Source: a virus. Taken from it: a DNA stretch of 64,000 nucleotides. Under the pieces are notes generated by a model, which did no database searches, was not told where the DNA came from, and worked only from the letters and a program-made list of their open reading frames with translations. Location: the IMG/VR virus record IMGVR_UViG_3300034685_000168, positions 32,001 through 96,000 of that record. The stretch is one strand, 5' to 3'. The position numbers and the translations under genes are program-made. Shown here piece by piece: positions 19,355-30,715 of the stretch (position 1 is the first letter of the stretch; every line of letters begins with the position of its first letter).

Positions 19355-20938
19355 TTATTTAATTTCTACAGGTACTCCATAAATAGGATAATAAACATCA
19401 TTAATCTTTTCTAAAAATTCCATTATTACTATTTTATTTTTATATTCACCTGGAATATTTTCAGTAATAAAAATATCAGTATTATAATCTATTATAGCTT
19501 TTGGTATACTCAATATAGCTTGGCCAGTTACAGCATCTAATATATTAAAATGAGTTGGTTCTATGGCTGTTGATTCCCCATTATCTGGATTATAAGGTGG
19601 ATTAGCATTATAATAAAATGAATCTAAAAATATAGTAGAATTATGAAATTCTGTTTCTGGAATATTATACAATTGTGTTGTTTGATTATATATTAATCTA
19701 GGTCTTGGAGTATTTTGTCCTATTCCACCATAACTATCTATAACAAATGGTGTATTATTAGAGAATGTTGTAAGATTAATAAATCCTGTTTGATTAGTAA
19801 ATACTAAAGCATTATCTGTAATGTTAAATTCAAATGGTTGTATAGAATTTATTAATGTTAAATTAATATTTTTAATCCAATTTATTTTATTAGTAACATC
19901 TCTTATTGCTTTGGTTCTATCTTTCATATATGCTCTAAGTATTAAAGACCATTTGCTTGTATTATGATCCCATTGTGGAATAATAGATACTTTACCAACA
20001 GTACTAATTTCTATAGGACTTACAACTACCCATTTTTCTGCAGTAATATGATTACTATTAAGATCTAATAAATTAGTATTTAATTCTGATGTATCGGGTG
20101 GAAAATATTTAGCTATTATTTTAAATCTTGTTTGAAAATATGGTGGTATTAATTCATCTATACCATAAACAAAACAATCTAAATTATTTACATCCACAGC
20201 TAATTCTGCACCATCTGCATAAATTAATGTTGGATAAATACCTATTTCATAAGGATCTTGATTTTCATATAAAATTATTTCTTCTCCAACATCTTGAGAA
20301 GATCTAATAATAAAATCTACTATAGGATTTTCTACTACAGGAAGTTGATTAATTACAGTAGATGAAGTACTAACTACCATAATACGCATAACATATTCAT
20401 CAGAGTTATTATAAATTTCTATTTTAAATACATCATTATCTTGTATATCATAATTAGTATAACATGGACTGCAAGTATATATATTATCTACATTAGATTC
20501 TACTAAAGGAATTTTATAAGTAATAGATTGATCACTAGGATCTATATGATATCCAACATCAACCCAATTTTCATTTATATACTTTTTTAATTTATAATAA
20601 TAAGAGTTTAATCCAAATATAGGAATTTTATTATCTACTATTAATTTAGTTGGTATTACTTCTTTATTGTAATATAAAAAGAAAATATCATTTCCATAAT
20701 CAATTAAATATTCAGATTCCACAGTTTCAAAAAAAGCAGTAGCATAAGTAACTTTATATCTTTCATCTATAGATTTAACACGTCTATAATATCCATTTTG
20801 ATCAAAAACAAAAGCTCCTATTTCAGGAACTATCTTACCCACAGCTAAAGAATTAGTTGTATGTATATCCGGATCATAAATATTTACAATATTATGTATT
20901 TCAGGTTTTTCTCTATGATTTAATCTTAACTGAACCAT
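19355..20938 (-). CDS. Virion structural (baseplate-type) protein, phiKZ gp26-like by position
   Basis: Size, synteny with sheath/tube, PPY...PTHF C-terminal motif. Confidence 0.55.
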   Translation of the reverse strand: MVQLRLNHREKPEIHNIVNIYDPDIHTTNSLAVGKIVPEIGAFVFDQNGYYRRVKSIDERYKVTYATAFFETVESEYLIDYGNDIFFLYYNKEVIPTKLIVDNKIPIFGLNSYYYKLKKYINENWVDVGYHIDPSDQSITYKIPLVESNVDNIYTCSPCYTNYDIQDNDVFKIEIYNNSDEYVMRIMVVSTSSTVINQLPVVENPIVDFIIRSSQDVGEEIILYENQDPYEIGIYPTLIYADGAELAVDVNNLDCFVYGIDELIPPYFQTRFKIIAKYFPPDTSELNTNLLDLNSNHITAEKWVVVSPIEISTVGKVSIIPQWDHNTSKWSLILRAYMKDRTKAIRDVTNKINWIKNINLTLINSIQPFEFNITDNALVFTNQTGFINLTTFSNNTPFVIDSYGGIGQNTPRPRLIYNQTTQLYNIPETEFHNSTIFLDSFYYNANPPYNPDNGESTAIEPTHFNILDAVTGQAILSIPKAIIDYNTDIFITENIPGEYKNKIVIMEFLEKINDVYYPIYGVPVEIK

Positions 20939-20943
20939 AAGTT

Positions 20944-23553
20944 TTATTCCTTATCTTCTACTTTATCTATAGGTAGAATTTCTTTTATTTGTTGTATTTG
21001 TTTATAAATTTTAGCAGTTACATTAACTGGTGTATGAACAACTTCCATATCAATAAAATCTAGATTTACTGATTTATTAAATATAATATCTCTGTTTTTG
21101 ATATGTTCATAAAAATAAAAATGTATTTTAGTAGTTTCATTAGAAAATGTTTTTGGTATTTCTATTTCACCATTTATTAAATCCTCTATTAAATTTTGTG
21201 TATAGATAGAATACAAATGATATTCTTCAGGTATAAGAAGTATTTCTTTTTGAGTAAGTCCTATATGTCCATTAAGAAATCTCATAACATCAAGCATTAT
21301 TTGTATATGTTCTAATAATTGAAATTGTGGTATTTGATCTAATATATATTTATTAAATCTTGTGAATAAACTATATAAAGTTCCTGGTTTAGATTTATCT
21401 GATTCATTATTACTTATGTAATTAGTATATACATTAAAATTATTAATTGATTTTCCTCTTATATATAAATCAGACAATCCTTTAAAAAATGATTCAGCAA
21501 AAGGTAATATATCTTTATTTTCATATATGAGAAAATCTTTATGTTTAAATAAACTTTTACCAGATAAAGTGTATACTTCTATATCGTTTTTTGTTATATC
21601 ATCATAATTAATATATTCTATTGTATATATACATAATTGATTAAAACACAATTTACCATTTAAATATAATGGTTCAATTTTATAATCAATTCCTTCTGTT
21701 AAATAATACCCATTAAAAAATACTATATTTTCATTAATATTTATAACTGGTATATTTTCATTAAATATTAAATTTATAACTAATGCTTGGTTATTAATTA
21801 ATTTATTTTCTAAATTATATTTATTATAAGTTATGTTCCCATTATCTATTTCATATTTGGGATATATAACAAATTCATTATCTACTTCTGTGTTTTTAAA
21901 TGTTAATCTTTTATTTTCTTCATCTATATTTTCAACAAATAAAATATCAGATATATTATTTATTTTATCCCAATAAAAATTATAAATTTTATGATCCATT
22001 CCATTAGATTTAAATATAGGGAAATTAATTCTTTTATATATAACAAAATCAGTATAATTTATATCTATTGACATATCATCTATAATAGGTTTTTTATATA
22101 ATCCATTATTGGGAATATGTTCTAATAATTTTATTTCATGTATTAAATTATCTCCGTTATAATCTTCATTAAAATTTATACTAACCATACCAGTTTCTGT
22201 ATTATCTTCATATGTAAAATTATCATTATTTATTTTAACACCATCTTTAAATATAAGAGGAATTGTTTTAATATCTTGCCATAACAAATCTTTACGTAAC
22301 CATATTTCAGTAAAAGTTGTATTTATTTTTAAATTATATTTATTTATAGCAATTAACGATAGTGTTTTAAACAACCCTAATATATTAACATAAGTATTAA
22401 AATTATGATCTTTTGAAGAAAAATCATATAAAGTTTTTAAATAATTTGTATTCTCTAAAAAAGAAGCTTTCCAGAAATTAGGTTTATTAATTCCTATATC
22501 ATTAAAAAAACTATCCTCACACAAGATTTCTATTATATTAGAATCAGATAAAGAATATAATTTATTTATATAGTATTTATCTTGTTCCATGTAATTATCG
22601 TTATCTTCAGGAAAACGAATATGAATCTCTATGTATACATCAGTTGTATTTAATATAGATTTACCAAATGTAATTAAATATTCAGGTATACTAAAATCAT
22701 TATGAGTAACTTGTTTAGGTGGTTTGTTATATATAGCATCATTAACTATTATACCTTTATGATTATCTTTTCTTCTTACATAAATCATTAATGAGTTAAG
22801 AGTTATTATTTTATTATCTTTATTTAATTCTTTTGGTATATGTATTAAAAATCTATTTTCTAATAAATCATCTTCATAATATCTACCTTGATTAATATCT
22901 GTTATATCTATTTTACATTTATTTTTTATATCTTCATCTATAAGAATTTCTATAAAGTCACCATTTTTTATTTCTGATGTAGTCATACTATCAACTAAAT
23001 AACCATTATGAAAACATATATTATTTTTTATTTTGTTAATAATATTATTTTTATTAGAAGAACTTGTAATAAAATAGTTTTCTACAAATAAATTAGTATT
23101 TTTAACTATATCTTTCCATGTTTTTAAATATATATCTAAGCTTTTTATATTAAGTTTTTTATAAGCTTTTTTATTTATTATTATGACAAAATATTCATCA
23201 AGTAAATTAAAATTTAAATAAAAATTATCTTTTGGAATCGATTTGCCTTCTCTACTTATTAATTCACAATATCGTCTTTTATCATTAATAAGTTCATTAC
23301 CAGAATACCATTTATCTTCATAATTAAAAGATAAATCGAATAATAAATTTTTATCAAAATAAAATACATAATAAGGACCGTTATCTGGTAATTTATGGTT
23401 TTTACCAAATAGATAAAAATAATTAGTTTGTGATCTTGTATGTAAATATGATAATTTTATATTATTCCTATAATCTTGATGTTCTTCATTCCATATATTC
23501 TGTGTAACATATGATTGTAAATACCTAAGAACTCGTTGGTTATTGAAATCCAT
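20944..23553 (-). CDS. Virion structural (baseplate-type) protein, phiKZ gp27-like by position
   Basis: N-terminal NIWxExxQD, QVTHNDFSIP, FFNGYYLTEGIDY; synteny. Confidence 0.6.
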   Translation of the reverse strand: MDFNNQRVLRYLQSYVTQNIWNEEHQDYRNNIKLSYLHTRSQTNYFYLFGKNHKLPDNGPYYVFYFDKNLLFDLSFNYEDKWYSGNELINDKRRYCELISREGKSIPKDNFYLNFNLLDEYFVIIINKKAYKKLNIKSLDIYLKTWKDIVKNTNLFVENYFITSSSNKNNIINKIKNNICFHNGYLVDSMTTSEIKNGDFIEILIDEDIKNKCKIDITDINQGRYYEDDLLENRFLIHIPKELNKDNKIITLNSLMIYVRRKDNHKGIIVNDAIYNKPPKQVTHNDFSIPEYLITFGKSILNTTDVYIEIHIRFPEDNDNYMEQDKYYINKLYSLSDSNIIEILCEDSFFNDIGINKPNFWKASFLENTNYLKTLYDFSSKDHNFNTYVNILGLFKTLSLIAINKYNLKINTTFTEIWLRKDLLWQDIKTIPLIFKDGVKINNDNFTYEDNTETGMVSINFNEDYNGDNLIHEIKLLEHIPNNGLYKKPIIDDMSIDINYTDFVIYKRINFPIFKSNGMDHKIYNFYWDKINNISDILFVENIDEENKRLTFKNTEVDNEFVIYPKYEIDNGNITYNKYNLENKLINNQALVINLIFNENIPVININENIVFFNGYYLTEGIDYKIEPLYLNGKLCFNQLCIYTIEYINYDDITKNDIEVYTLSGKSLFKHKDFLIYENKDILPFAESFFKGLSDLYIRGKSINNFNVYTNYISNNESDKSKPGTLYSLFTRFNKYILDQIPQFQLLEHIQIMLDVMRFLNGHIGLTQKEILLIPEEYHLYSIYTQNLIEDLINGEIEIPKTFSNETTKIHFYFYEHIKNRDIIFNKSVNLDFIDMEVVHTPVNVTAKIYKQIQQIKEILPIDKVEDKE

Positions 23554-23557
23554 ATTT

Positions 23558-24568
23558 TTATATTCCTTCTAAAGTAGAAAGAAACAATCTTGATTTTAAT
23601 AATGAAGATATTAATTCTTCTACATCTGACATTAATTTAAAAGTATTAAGTGGCTTTCTATGCCAATCTTTATTACCACCAACTATCTTTAATAAATGAC
23701 TAACCCAATATGGTGGATATTCTATGGCTATCATTAATTCTGTACTGTTATTGTGGGATATACTAAAACTTCTCATTAGATAATATTCATTAAATCTATC
23801 TTTTAGTATAGGAATTAATTTAATTAATCTTTTACAAAACTCGACAATGGTCATTGGTTCTGTAATTTTATAATCTAATAGAAATTCATTTAATATATTT
23901 TCCATTTCTATTTTAGATAAATTAATTTTTAATTGTGTTAAAACGAAAGGAGAAAAAAAATCATCTTGATCAAATTTATACAATCTAGTAAAGTAAAACC
24001 AAGCAAATAACATCCGAACCATTTCAATATCTCTAACATTATTAAGTAAACGTATAGTTGATGTAATAATCATATTATAGGATTGAACTATTGTTTTTAA
24101 AATACTTTTTTCTAACCACATAGGAATATTTTTATTATTTAAAAAAGTTTCATATGATAGAAAAAGTGTATATTTCATAATTAGTTCATGAAAAGCATCG
24201 AGATTATTTATCTCAACATCATCGTCACTAAATTTTTTCTTTTTAATAAAAGGTGTAATATTAACAATAACTTTATTATTATGTATTATAGGAATATCAG
24301 AGATATTAAAAACATCAGGAATACTATCAGAGTTTATATTAGATAAATCAATTAATTCAAATAAACCAGTTAAATCATTTTGTACTACATAATTAGTTAT
24401 GACTTTAGCTGGATTTTCAACTAGTGTTTTTTTCTTAAAGAAAATATTTTTATTTCTTGTGTTTAAAACACATTCATTATGCTTTTTTAAGAATATAATT
24501 GCTTTATTAGTTTGTTCTTTAACGTTATGGATTTTAGTAAATGATGTATTTTCAAATTTATTTTTCAT
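23558..24568 (-). CDS. Virion protein, phiKZ gp28-like by position
   Basis: AIEYPPYW motif; divergent from the sheath gene. Confidence 0.55.
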   Translation of the reverse strand: MKNKFENTSFTKIHNVKEQTNKAIIFLKKHNECVLNTRNKNIFFKKKTLVENPAKVITNYVVQNDLTGLFELIDLSNINSDSIPDVFNISDIPIIHNNKVIVNITPFIKKKKFSDDDVEINNLDAFHELIMKYTLFLSYETFLNNKNIPMWLEKSILKTIVQSYNMIITSTIRLLNNVRDIEMVRMLFAWFYFTRLYKFDQDDFFSPFVLTQLKINLSKIEMENILNEFLLDYKITEPMTIVEFCKRLIKLIPILKDRFNEYYLMRSFSISHNNSTELMIAIEYPPYWVSHLLKIVGGNKDWHRKPLNTFKLMSDVEELISSLLKSRLFLSTLEGI

Positions 24569-24659
24569 TTGTAAGCTCCTATGCTTAATTAAAATATGTT
24601 TAAATATATTATTTATTAATTTACTTATAAAATTATAAAAATATATAAGGAGAATAATA

Positions 24660-26354
24660 ATGCCTACTTATTACCACCCAGGTTATCTTATCAATACCAT
24701 TGATACTGGATTATATGTACCTGTTGAAGAAATCGTAAGATCTCTTCATAGACCATGTGTTTTTATGTTTACTCAATCTGGACCTTATAACAAACCAGTT
24801 TGGGTTAATAACATCACCGAAGCTAAACGTATATTTGGTGAAGAAACTTTCAATAAGTTTAATTCTGAATATTTTAGTAAAGAATCTAGATTAGCTGAAA
24901 CCTTTTTCCCTCATCATGGTTGTTATATAGTACGACTATTACCAACAGATGATTTTCAGGTTAGTGGAGAACAACCAGAAAGTGCTAGAGTAATTCTTGC
25001 ACTAGATATAACTGAATCAAAATTAACTAATTACCAACGTAATTTAGATGGATCATTTGTTCTAGATGGTGCTGGTAATAAAGTCGTTGATCCTGATACA
25101 CCTTCTGTAGAAGGATTCAAATTCTTTTTTCATTATAAATATGTGTCTGATGCAGATTGGACTACCAAAACTACACAAGAACTATTAACTAAATCTACAC
25201 CTACTCCTGGTACTACATCATATAACATTATGTTAATTAATGATATTTACCCAGGTAAAGATGGTAATAGATTTGGATTTAATTTCTATAGAGATATTGA
25301 AGCTTATGACTCTAATTTCATAGATGAAATAAAAGCTATGATGTACACATTTAAACCTAAGAAAAAGGTTTATAATAATGTACAAGTTACTCCTATGTTA
25401 GATAAATATAATAGTGTTTTTAATAATTTCAGTTTAAAAGAAAATACTATTGATCCCAATACTAATATAGAACTAAGTATTGATAAAGTACTTGATAATA
25501 AATATGATAATTTTAATTATGAGTTTGTAGTTAATACTGAATTAATAAAAGAAATAGGTAATCTATATTTAGCTAAAAGACAAGTTATAGATGGAACAGA
25601 AACACCTGGGTATATCGATGGTGGAATACTTGTAGATGAGCCGTTTATGATAGATTTTATTAATTTCAAAGATTTTAATGGTAATCCACTTATTGGTACT
25701 GAAAAAGAAGCTATAGAAGATCAACCTGGACTTAACCCCATTACTAAAGATACTATCATTTATCTTGATGGTGGTAAAGATGGTAATAAAACAGATACTA
25801 CTAAAGAATTTCTTATTAGTGAATTCTGCAAAGCTACATTATTCCCTGATATACTAAATAAAGCTAAATACCCTATTACTCATATTTATGATATGGGTTA
25901 TACAATAGATACTAAAAAGAAAATGCTTGATTTTATGGCAGTGCGTGATGACGTAAGTGTTACAACAGTAACTCAGGTATTTAGTATTGTTGCCAAAATG
26001 GCAATGCCAGTTATTGTTGATGTTGATAGTGCTGCTAATATTACTGATGTTAAATTAGGAATCGCCGCACCCGAATTTATTAATGGCGATGGAACTGTTA
26101 CAAGTATTTACTTAGAATTAGAAAATACAGATACATCTACATTATTATACGATGGTCCAATAGAGTTTAGTACATTAATACCAACTAAAGAACTAGAACA
26201 AGCATCTGGTGATTATTGGATTCCTATGATAGATCTTACATTAAACCCTGGTATTGGTACTGGAAATTTCCGTGCTAGAATTAAATTTACTGATAACAAC
26301 GGTGTTGAATCTGATTTCTCTCTATGGAAATCTTTTAGTGTTGTTGGTGTTTAG
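24660..26354 (+). CDS. Tail sheath protein, N-terminal part, fused to a C-terminal Ig/FN3-like domain
   Basis: IFGEETF, YPGKDGN, LDGGKDG, YDMGYTIDTKK..FMAVRDD sheath segments; last ~120 aa end in RARIKFTDNNGVESDFS. Confidence 0.8.
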   Translation: MPTYYHPGYLINTIDTGLYVPVEEIVRSLHRPCVFMFTQSGPYNKPVWVNNITEAKRIFGEETFNKFNSEYFSKESRLAETFFPHHGCYIVRLLPTDDFQVSGEQPESARVILALDITESKLTNYQRNLDGSFVLDGAGNKVVDPDTPSVEGFKFFFHYKYVSDADWTTKTTQELLTKSTPTPGTTSYNIMLINDIYPGKDGNRFGFNFYRDIEAYDSNFIDEIKAMMYTFKPKKKVYNNVQVTPMLDKYNSVFNNFSLKENTIDPNTNIELSIDKVLDNKYDNFNYEFVVNTELIKEIGNLYLAKRQVIDGTETPGYIDGGILVDEPFMIDFINFKDFNGNPLIGTEKEAIEDQPGLNPITKDTIIYLDGGKDGNKTDTTKEFLISEFCKATLFPDILNKAKYPITHIYDMGYTIDTKKKMLDFMAVRDDVSVTTVTQVFSIVAKMAMPVIVDVDSAANITDVKLGIAAPEFINGDGTVTSIYLELENTDTSTLLYDGPIEFSTLIPTKELEQASGDYWIPMIDLTLNPGIGTGNFRARIKFTDNNGVESDFSLWKSFSVVGV

Positions 26355-26384
26355 TAAAAATAACAATTAAGGAGATAGTTTAAA

Positions 26385-27095
26385 ATGACTGTTAAAATAA
26401 ATAACGCATATGAAGATGAGTCTGTTGCAATATCTCTAGCTGCTTATGGCAGACTCATTCCTGAATCAGTAGAAAAAGGAACTGAATCTTGTAGATTTAG
26501 TATTTTTGTTCAATGTGGAAAAACCCATGATAATATTATGATGCCAGCTGGACTTCGGATAGCACAAATGCGTGCAGAAAAGATGGGAACCCAATCTCTT
26601 AGAGGAGATTTTGGTGGAAGACCTGATAGTGAATGTCATCTGTTTAAAGAACTTAGTTATATTCCAGCAGGTGATGAAAGCAAAGCAAGATTGTGGGCCG
26701 CAGGTGCTAATTATCTTAGTTCTTGTAATGAAAAAGATGTTTATTATGAAGGACTTAAATCAGGGTATGCACACCAAAGTTCTGCATTAAGTGATTTATA
26801 TTTTTGTGATACATTATGTTATGTTAAACAAGCGGTTGGAGTATCATACTCTATGTTTGCTGGTGTTAGATGGCCTTTTAATATACTTAAAGATAAAATA
26901 ACTAAAGACCTTACTACTAGATTAAATACTCTATTCAATGGTAAATATGTATTTTCTGTTGATGTTTATCAGACTGTAGAAGAACAGAAAAAAGGTTATG
27001 AAACACACGTAGCTATTAATATAGAATCTCCTAATCAAAATCTTAGGTGGAATGTTGATATAAACTGCTCAAGAGAAGGTTATGTTGCAGAATAA
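26385..27095 (+). CDS. Tail sheath protein, C-terminal part (separate gene)
   Basis: PESVEKGTESCR, LWAAGANY, SALS motifs of the phiKZ-type sheath C-half; own AAGGAG RBS. Confidence 0.8.
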   Translation: MTVKINNAYEDESVAISLAAYGRLIPESVEKGTESCRFSIFVQCGKTHDNIMMPAGLRIAQMRAEKMGTQSLRGDFGGRPDSECHLFKELSYIPAGDESKARLWAAGANYLSSCNEKDVYYEGLKSGYAHQSSALSDLYFCDTLCYVKQAVGVSYSMFAGVRWPFNILKDKITKDLTTRLNTLFNGKYVFSVDVYQTVEEQKKGYETHVAINIESPNQNLRWNVDINCSREGYVAE

Positions 27096-27123
27096 TCTTT
27101 AACAATAAAAGGATAAAATAATT

Positions 27124-27951
27124 ATGAGTGATGCTATTTTAAACGAAGTAGAAAGTATCTACTACGGACGAAATAAAAAAATATCCAATATAAACAATGG
27201 TGGTTTGGCTGGTATTGCAGCCCAAGTTAAAAATCTAGATGCAGCAGCTTCTTTGATTTTACCCCCAGCGGTACCAATTGTTATACATGTACCAACTATG
27301 TATGATCCTTGGCCAGACCTTCAACAATTCATTACAGATCTTGTAGAAACTCATGCGACTTCTATTACTGGAGTTGATGTTGGATATACAACAGAAACTG
27401 ATGATAGACCTGGTGGAGCAGATGGACAAACTATAGCCACACCAACACAGACCAAACGAAAAGCTGTTAGTCCGAGTATGACATTTCCTGAACTTAATGG
27501 GTCACCTATTTGGACAATATTAACTCAATGGCAACATGATATACAACACCCTGATACTAATATCTTCTGTGCTAGAATGACTAATCCCCCACCATTTATT
27601 CCATCGAGTTATTCTATGTCATTATTAATGATACAATTTGGTGTATCTCACAGACCAGATGATATTCTTATAGCTAATTATATCACTAATATATTTCCAA
27701 CTGATGTTGGAGATTATGGTTTAGAGATGAATATTGGTGCAAGTAAAAGAATGGAAAGAACTGTTCAATTTACTGGTTATGGTATACAAAATAATATGGT
27801 TACAGAATTGGCTTATGAAATAGCTTCTAAACTACAAATCCATAAAGGAGATTTTAACAGATTATCTCCTGAATATAATAAAGTTATGGATTCTATATCT
27901 AAATCAGGTATAGTCAGACAGTTAGATAGTATTCCTAAAATACAAGAGTAA
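27124..27951 (+). CDS. Tail tube protein (phiKZ gp30-like)
   Basis: Directly follows sheath; LVETHATSITG, NIFP, VQFTG motifs. Confidence 0.75.
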   Translation: MSDAILNEVESIYYGRNKKISNINNGGLAGIAAQVKNLDAAASLILPPAVPIVIHVPTMYDPWPDLQQFITDLVETHATSITGVDVGYTTETDDRPGGADGQTIATPTQTKRKAVSPSMTFPELNGSPIWTILTQWQHDIQHPDTNIFCARMTNPPPFIPSSYSMSLLMIQFGVSHRPDDILIANYITNIFPTDVGDYGLEMNIGASKRMERTVQFTGYGIQNNMVTELAYEIASKLQIHKGDFNRLSPEYNKVMDSISKSGIVRQLDSIPKIQE

Positions 27952-27967
27952 TATAAGTTAAATGTTA

Positions 27968-28001
27968 TTATCTATGGTCCTGTAAAAAGGACCATAGATA
28001 A
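27968..28001. terminator. Bidirectional hairpin terminator
   Basis: TTATCTATGGTCCT...AGGACCATAGATAA. Confidence 0.8.
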
Positions 28002-28014
28002 AACACTTTTTATA

Positions 28015-30681
28015 TTACCATCTACTTCCACCAGAATCACTAGATGTATCAGCTGTTGCATCATCTAGTTTCTTTTTCCAATCACTTATACCTTGAGTTA
28101 TATTACGTAACCGTTTATATAGATCTATAGACTCATCTTGATCAAATGCATCTATATCAGATTCCATAATATTAGCCATTCCATTAGTAGCTACAAAATT
28201 CTTAATTAATCGTCGTATAGCAGTTGCTTTCATAGCAGGTAAACTATTACGTAATTTATCATCTTCTATCGGTAATAGTTCTTGACTAATAACTTTATCC
28301 ATATATTTTTCACATAGATCAATAAATGAATCTAATTCATCTATTCTATTTTTATCTATTACTAAATTGGGTTTAGGTAAAAATGCAGTTACATTTTCAA
28401 TAATTTCATAAAGAATATCAACAAGTTCTTTTTTCTCACCTGTTATTATTCCATCTTCTATATTAATAACTCCACCAACAAATAAATTATTAGATTTTTT
28501 ATCATCAGGTTCTTCAGTTTTATACTTATCTTTTACACTATCTGGATCATCCTTTTTTTTACTAAAAAACTGCTTAGTGATGTATGCATCACCCTTTAAG
28601 ATTTCGAGGATTCTACGCTGAATTACTTCCGAGTATATAAGCTCATTTTGAGCTAATTTAGAACATAACGAAATTATCTTATTTTGTATTATTTTTACAA
28701 TATTAGCTAAAAAGAGATTATTAGACAATATAGATGTTGCTAGTTCATTTTCTCCAACAGCATTCAATGAACTATAAGGGACATTTAAATAAGCCAATAC
28801 TTGTTTATCTAATTCTTCTATTAAATTATCTACATCCCCTCTACTTCTTGTAGAACTTGATTCCATTCTAGTTTCAGATAAACCTTCTAATCCTTGAATA
28901 TTTTTAGGTATTATTTTAATGTGTCTATCTATTATATCTTTACCTATATCAGAATAATGAATATTAGGTTTAAAATTACGTTTATCATTAACAACTCTTC
29001 TAATATCTTCCATTATTTCTTCTATATTAGTTGTTCCTTCAGGAATATCAACTTCTATAGTTCTACTATCCATAGCATTTTCCATAGTCTCTAATACTTT
29101 AGAAACTAATAATGTATTTTTCATTGCTATTAAAAGTTTAGCACCATCTTCTAACTTAGATTTACCAGTACCATCTTCTCTATAATCAAAAGCAAAATAA
29201 GTTATTAAATTTTCAGGAACAAATATTAATCTAACTTTTCTTTCGTGTAAAAAATTTTGAAATATAGTAGAAGCTATATTATTATAAATATTGATATTAA
29301 TATTGTTTAAGCCCATATCAGATAGTTTAGTTTCTATCATATATTTCAATGCGATATTAAATATAGTAGAAGCATATTTTTGTTTTTGTTTATTATTTAA
29401 TTTATTTAACTCTGTCATATTAGGAGAAAATACTTCTTTTAAAATATGGGTTGTATTACTAAAATCTGAAGTATTATTTGCACCATTTGTAATATCATTA
29501 AATAGTGGATTTATATTTTCATCTGTTACAACAAAATACCCTGCTTTTTCATTAGAACCAGGGATAGTTATAGGAATAACATTTTTAGATTTCAATATAA
29601 TAAGAAATGGATGATCTCCTTTAACAAGATTTGTATTGTTATCAACTTTATAAATAGAATTATCTACTCCTATAAATTGATCATTAAATGTTTTATTAAT
29701 TCTATCCATTGCTTTCTTGACATTTTTCTTAGACTTTTCTAATACTCTAAAATTATCTGATATAATTACATTGTTATCTTCACTCATTTTGTTCAATATA
29801 GGTTTTGCTATTTTTTTTATATTTTCTATATTAAACATTTTTTTATTTTCTTTTAATTCTTTATTCGTAAATTCATTAGTAAATTCATTAGTAATTGATT
29901 GATTTAAAACTTTTAAAAACTTAGAATCGTTTTTATCTTCTTGTATTATATTTTTAAAATTATTTAATATCAAACTATTAGAATTATTATTAACTGAAAA
30001 TATATTTTTTTTAAGTAGAGAATCTATATCTTCATTATCTAAATTACTATTATATATATCGTCTCTAATAAATACTTCTTTATTATTTTGATTCTTAACC
30101 ACTAATTTAATATCTTCAGTTAATTGATACAATATTCTATTATTAGAATTCGGTATTGTTAATATAGGTACTGCACCAGAACTCATAATTGCTTCATAAA
30201 TCCAATCTGGAAGTAATGTATTTAGTTTTCTATATTTACACATATGTTCTGTTAATAAATCAGATAATGCTTTATTAGTATCATCTGTTATATTGGGATG
30301 ATTGATTATAAATCGTAACGAATCAGTTTGTAAATCATCTGGTGATAATATAGTAGAAACTAATAATTTACCAGCTTGTTGTAAATTAGGTGATAATTCT
30401 AATAAAGATTTAGTATCTTCTATTTTATCAGAATTATCTTTTGTTAATGTTTCTAAATAAGATTTAATATCATTTAAACGAACATCTTGTTTAATATCTT
30501 TATCAGGAGATAACATATATCTAACATGTTCTTTTTTATACATATCAGAAAAATAATTATCTTTTTTAAATTTATTTTTCTTATCTTGTTCATGATATGG
30601 TGCTTCTGCTTGAGAAAATAAAGAAGTAAATGCTCGTTTTATTTCTATTAAAATCTTATTTTTATTTTTTTCTTCTTCCAT
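28015..30681 (-). CDS. Portal protein (phiKZ gp129-like)
   Basis: LVSTILSPDDL, G.F...DE, YFAFDYREDGTGKS; ~890 aa. Confidence 0.7.
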   Translation of the reverse strand: MEEEKNKNKILIEIKRAFTSLFSQAEAPYHEQDKKNKFKKDNYFSDMYKKEHVRYMLSPDKDIKQDVRLNDIKSYLETLTKDNSDKIEDTKSLLELSPNLQQAGKLLVSTILSPDDLQTDSLRFIINHPNITDDTNKALSDLLTEHMCKYRKLNTLLPDWIYEAIMSSGAVPILTIPNSNNRILYQLTEDIKLVVKNQNNKEVFIRDDIYNSNLDNEDIDSLLKKNIFSVNNNSNSLILNNFKNIIQEDKNDSKFLKVLNQSITNEFTNEFTNKELKENKKMFNIENIKKIAKPILNKMSEDNNVIISDNFRVLEKSKKNVKKAMDRINKTFNDQFIGVDNSIYKVDNNTNLVKGDHPFLIILKSKNVIPITIPGSNEKAGYFVVTDENINPLFNDITNGANNTSDFSNTTHILKEVFSPNMTELNKLNNKQKQKYASTIFNIALKYMIETKLSDMGLNNININIYNNIASTIFQNFLHERKVRLIFVPENLITYFAFDYREDGTGKSKLEDGAKLLIAMKNTLLVSKVLETMENAMDSRTIEVDIPEGTTNIEEIMEDIRRVVNDKRNFKPNIHYSDIGKDIIDRHIKIIPKNIQGLEGLSETRMESSSTRSRGDVDNLIEELDKQVLAYLNVPYSSLNAVGENELATSILSNNLFLANIVKIIQNKIISLCSKLAQNELIYSEVIQRRILEILKGDAYITKQFFSKKKDDPDSVKDKYKTEEPDDKKSNNLFVGGVINIEDGIITGEKKELVDILYEIIENVTAFLPKPNLVIDKNRIDELDSFIDLCEKYMDKVISQELLPIEDDKLRNSLPAMKATAIRRLIKNFVATNGMANIMESDIDAFDQDESIDLYKRLRNITQGISDWKKKLDDATADTSSDSGGSRW

Positions 30682-30715
30682 ATTTAAAACTCCTTAAAGT
30701 AAGGTAAAAATAATT

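Noticed and set aside
25980-26384. Intron, intein or stop-codon readthrough restoring one sheath protein
   Set aside because: The insert is an open Ig-like coding frame with no intron core or intein termini; four in-frame stops and a separate RBS precede part 2
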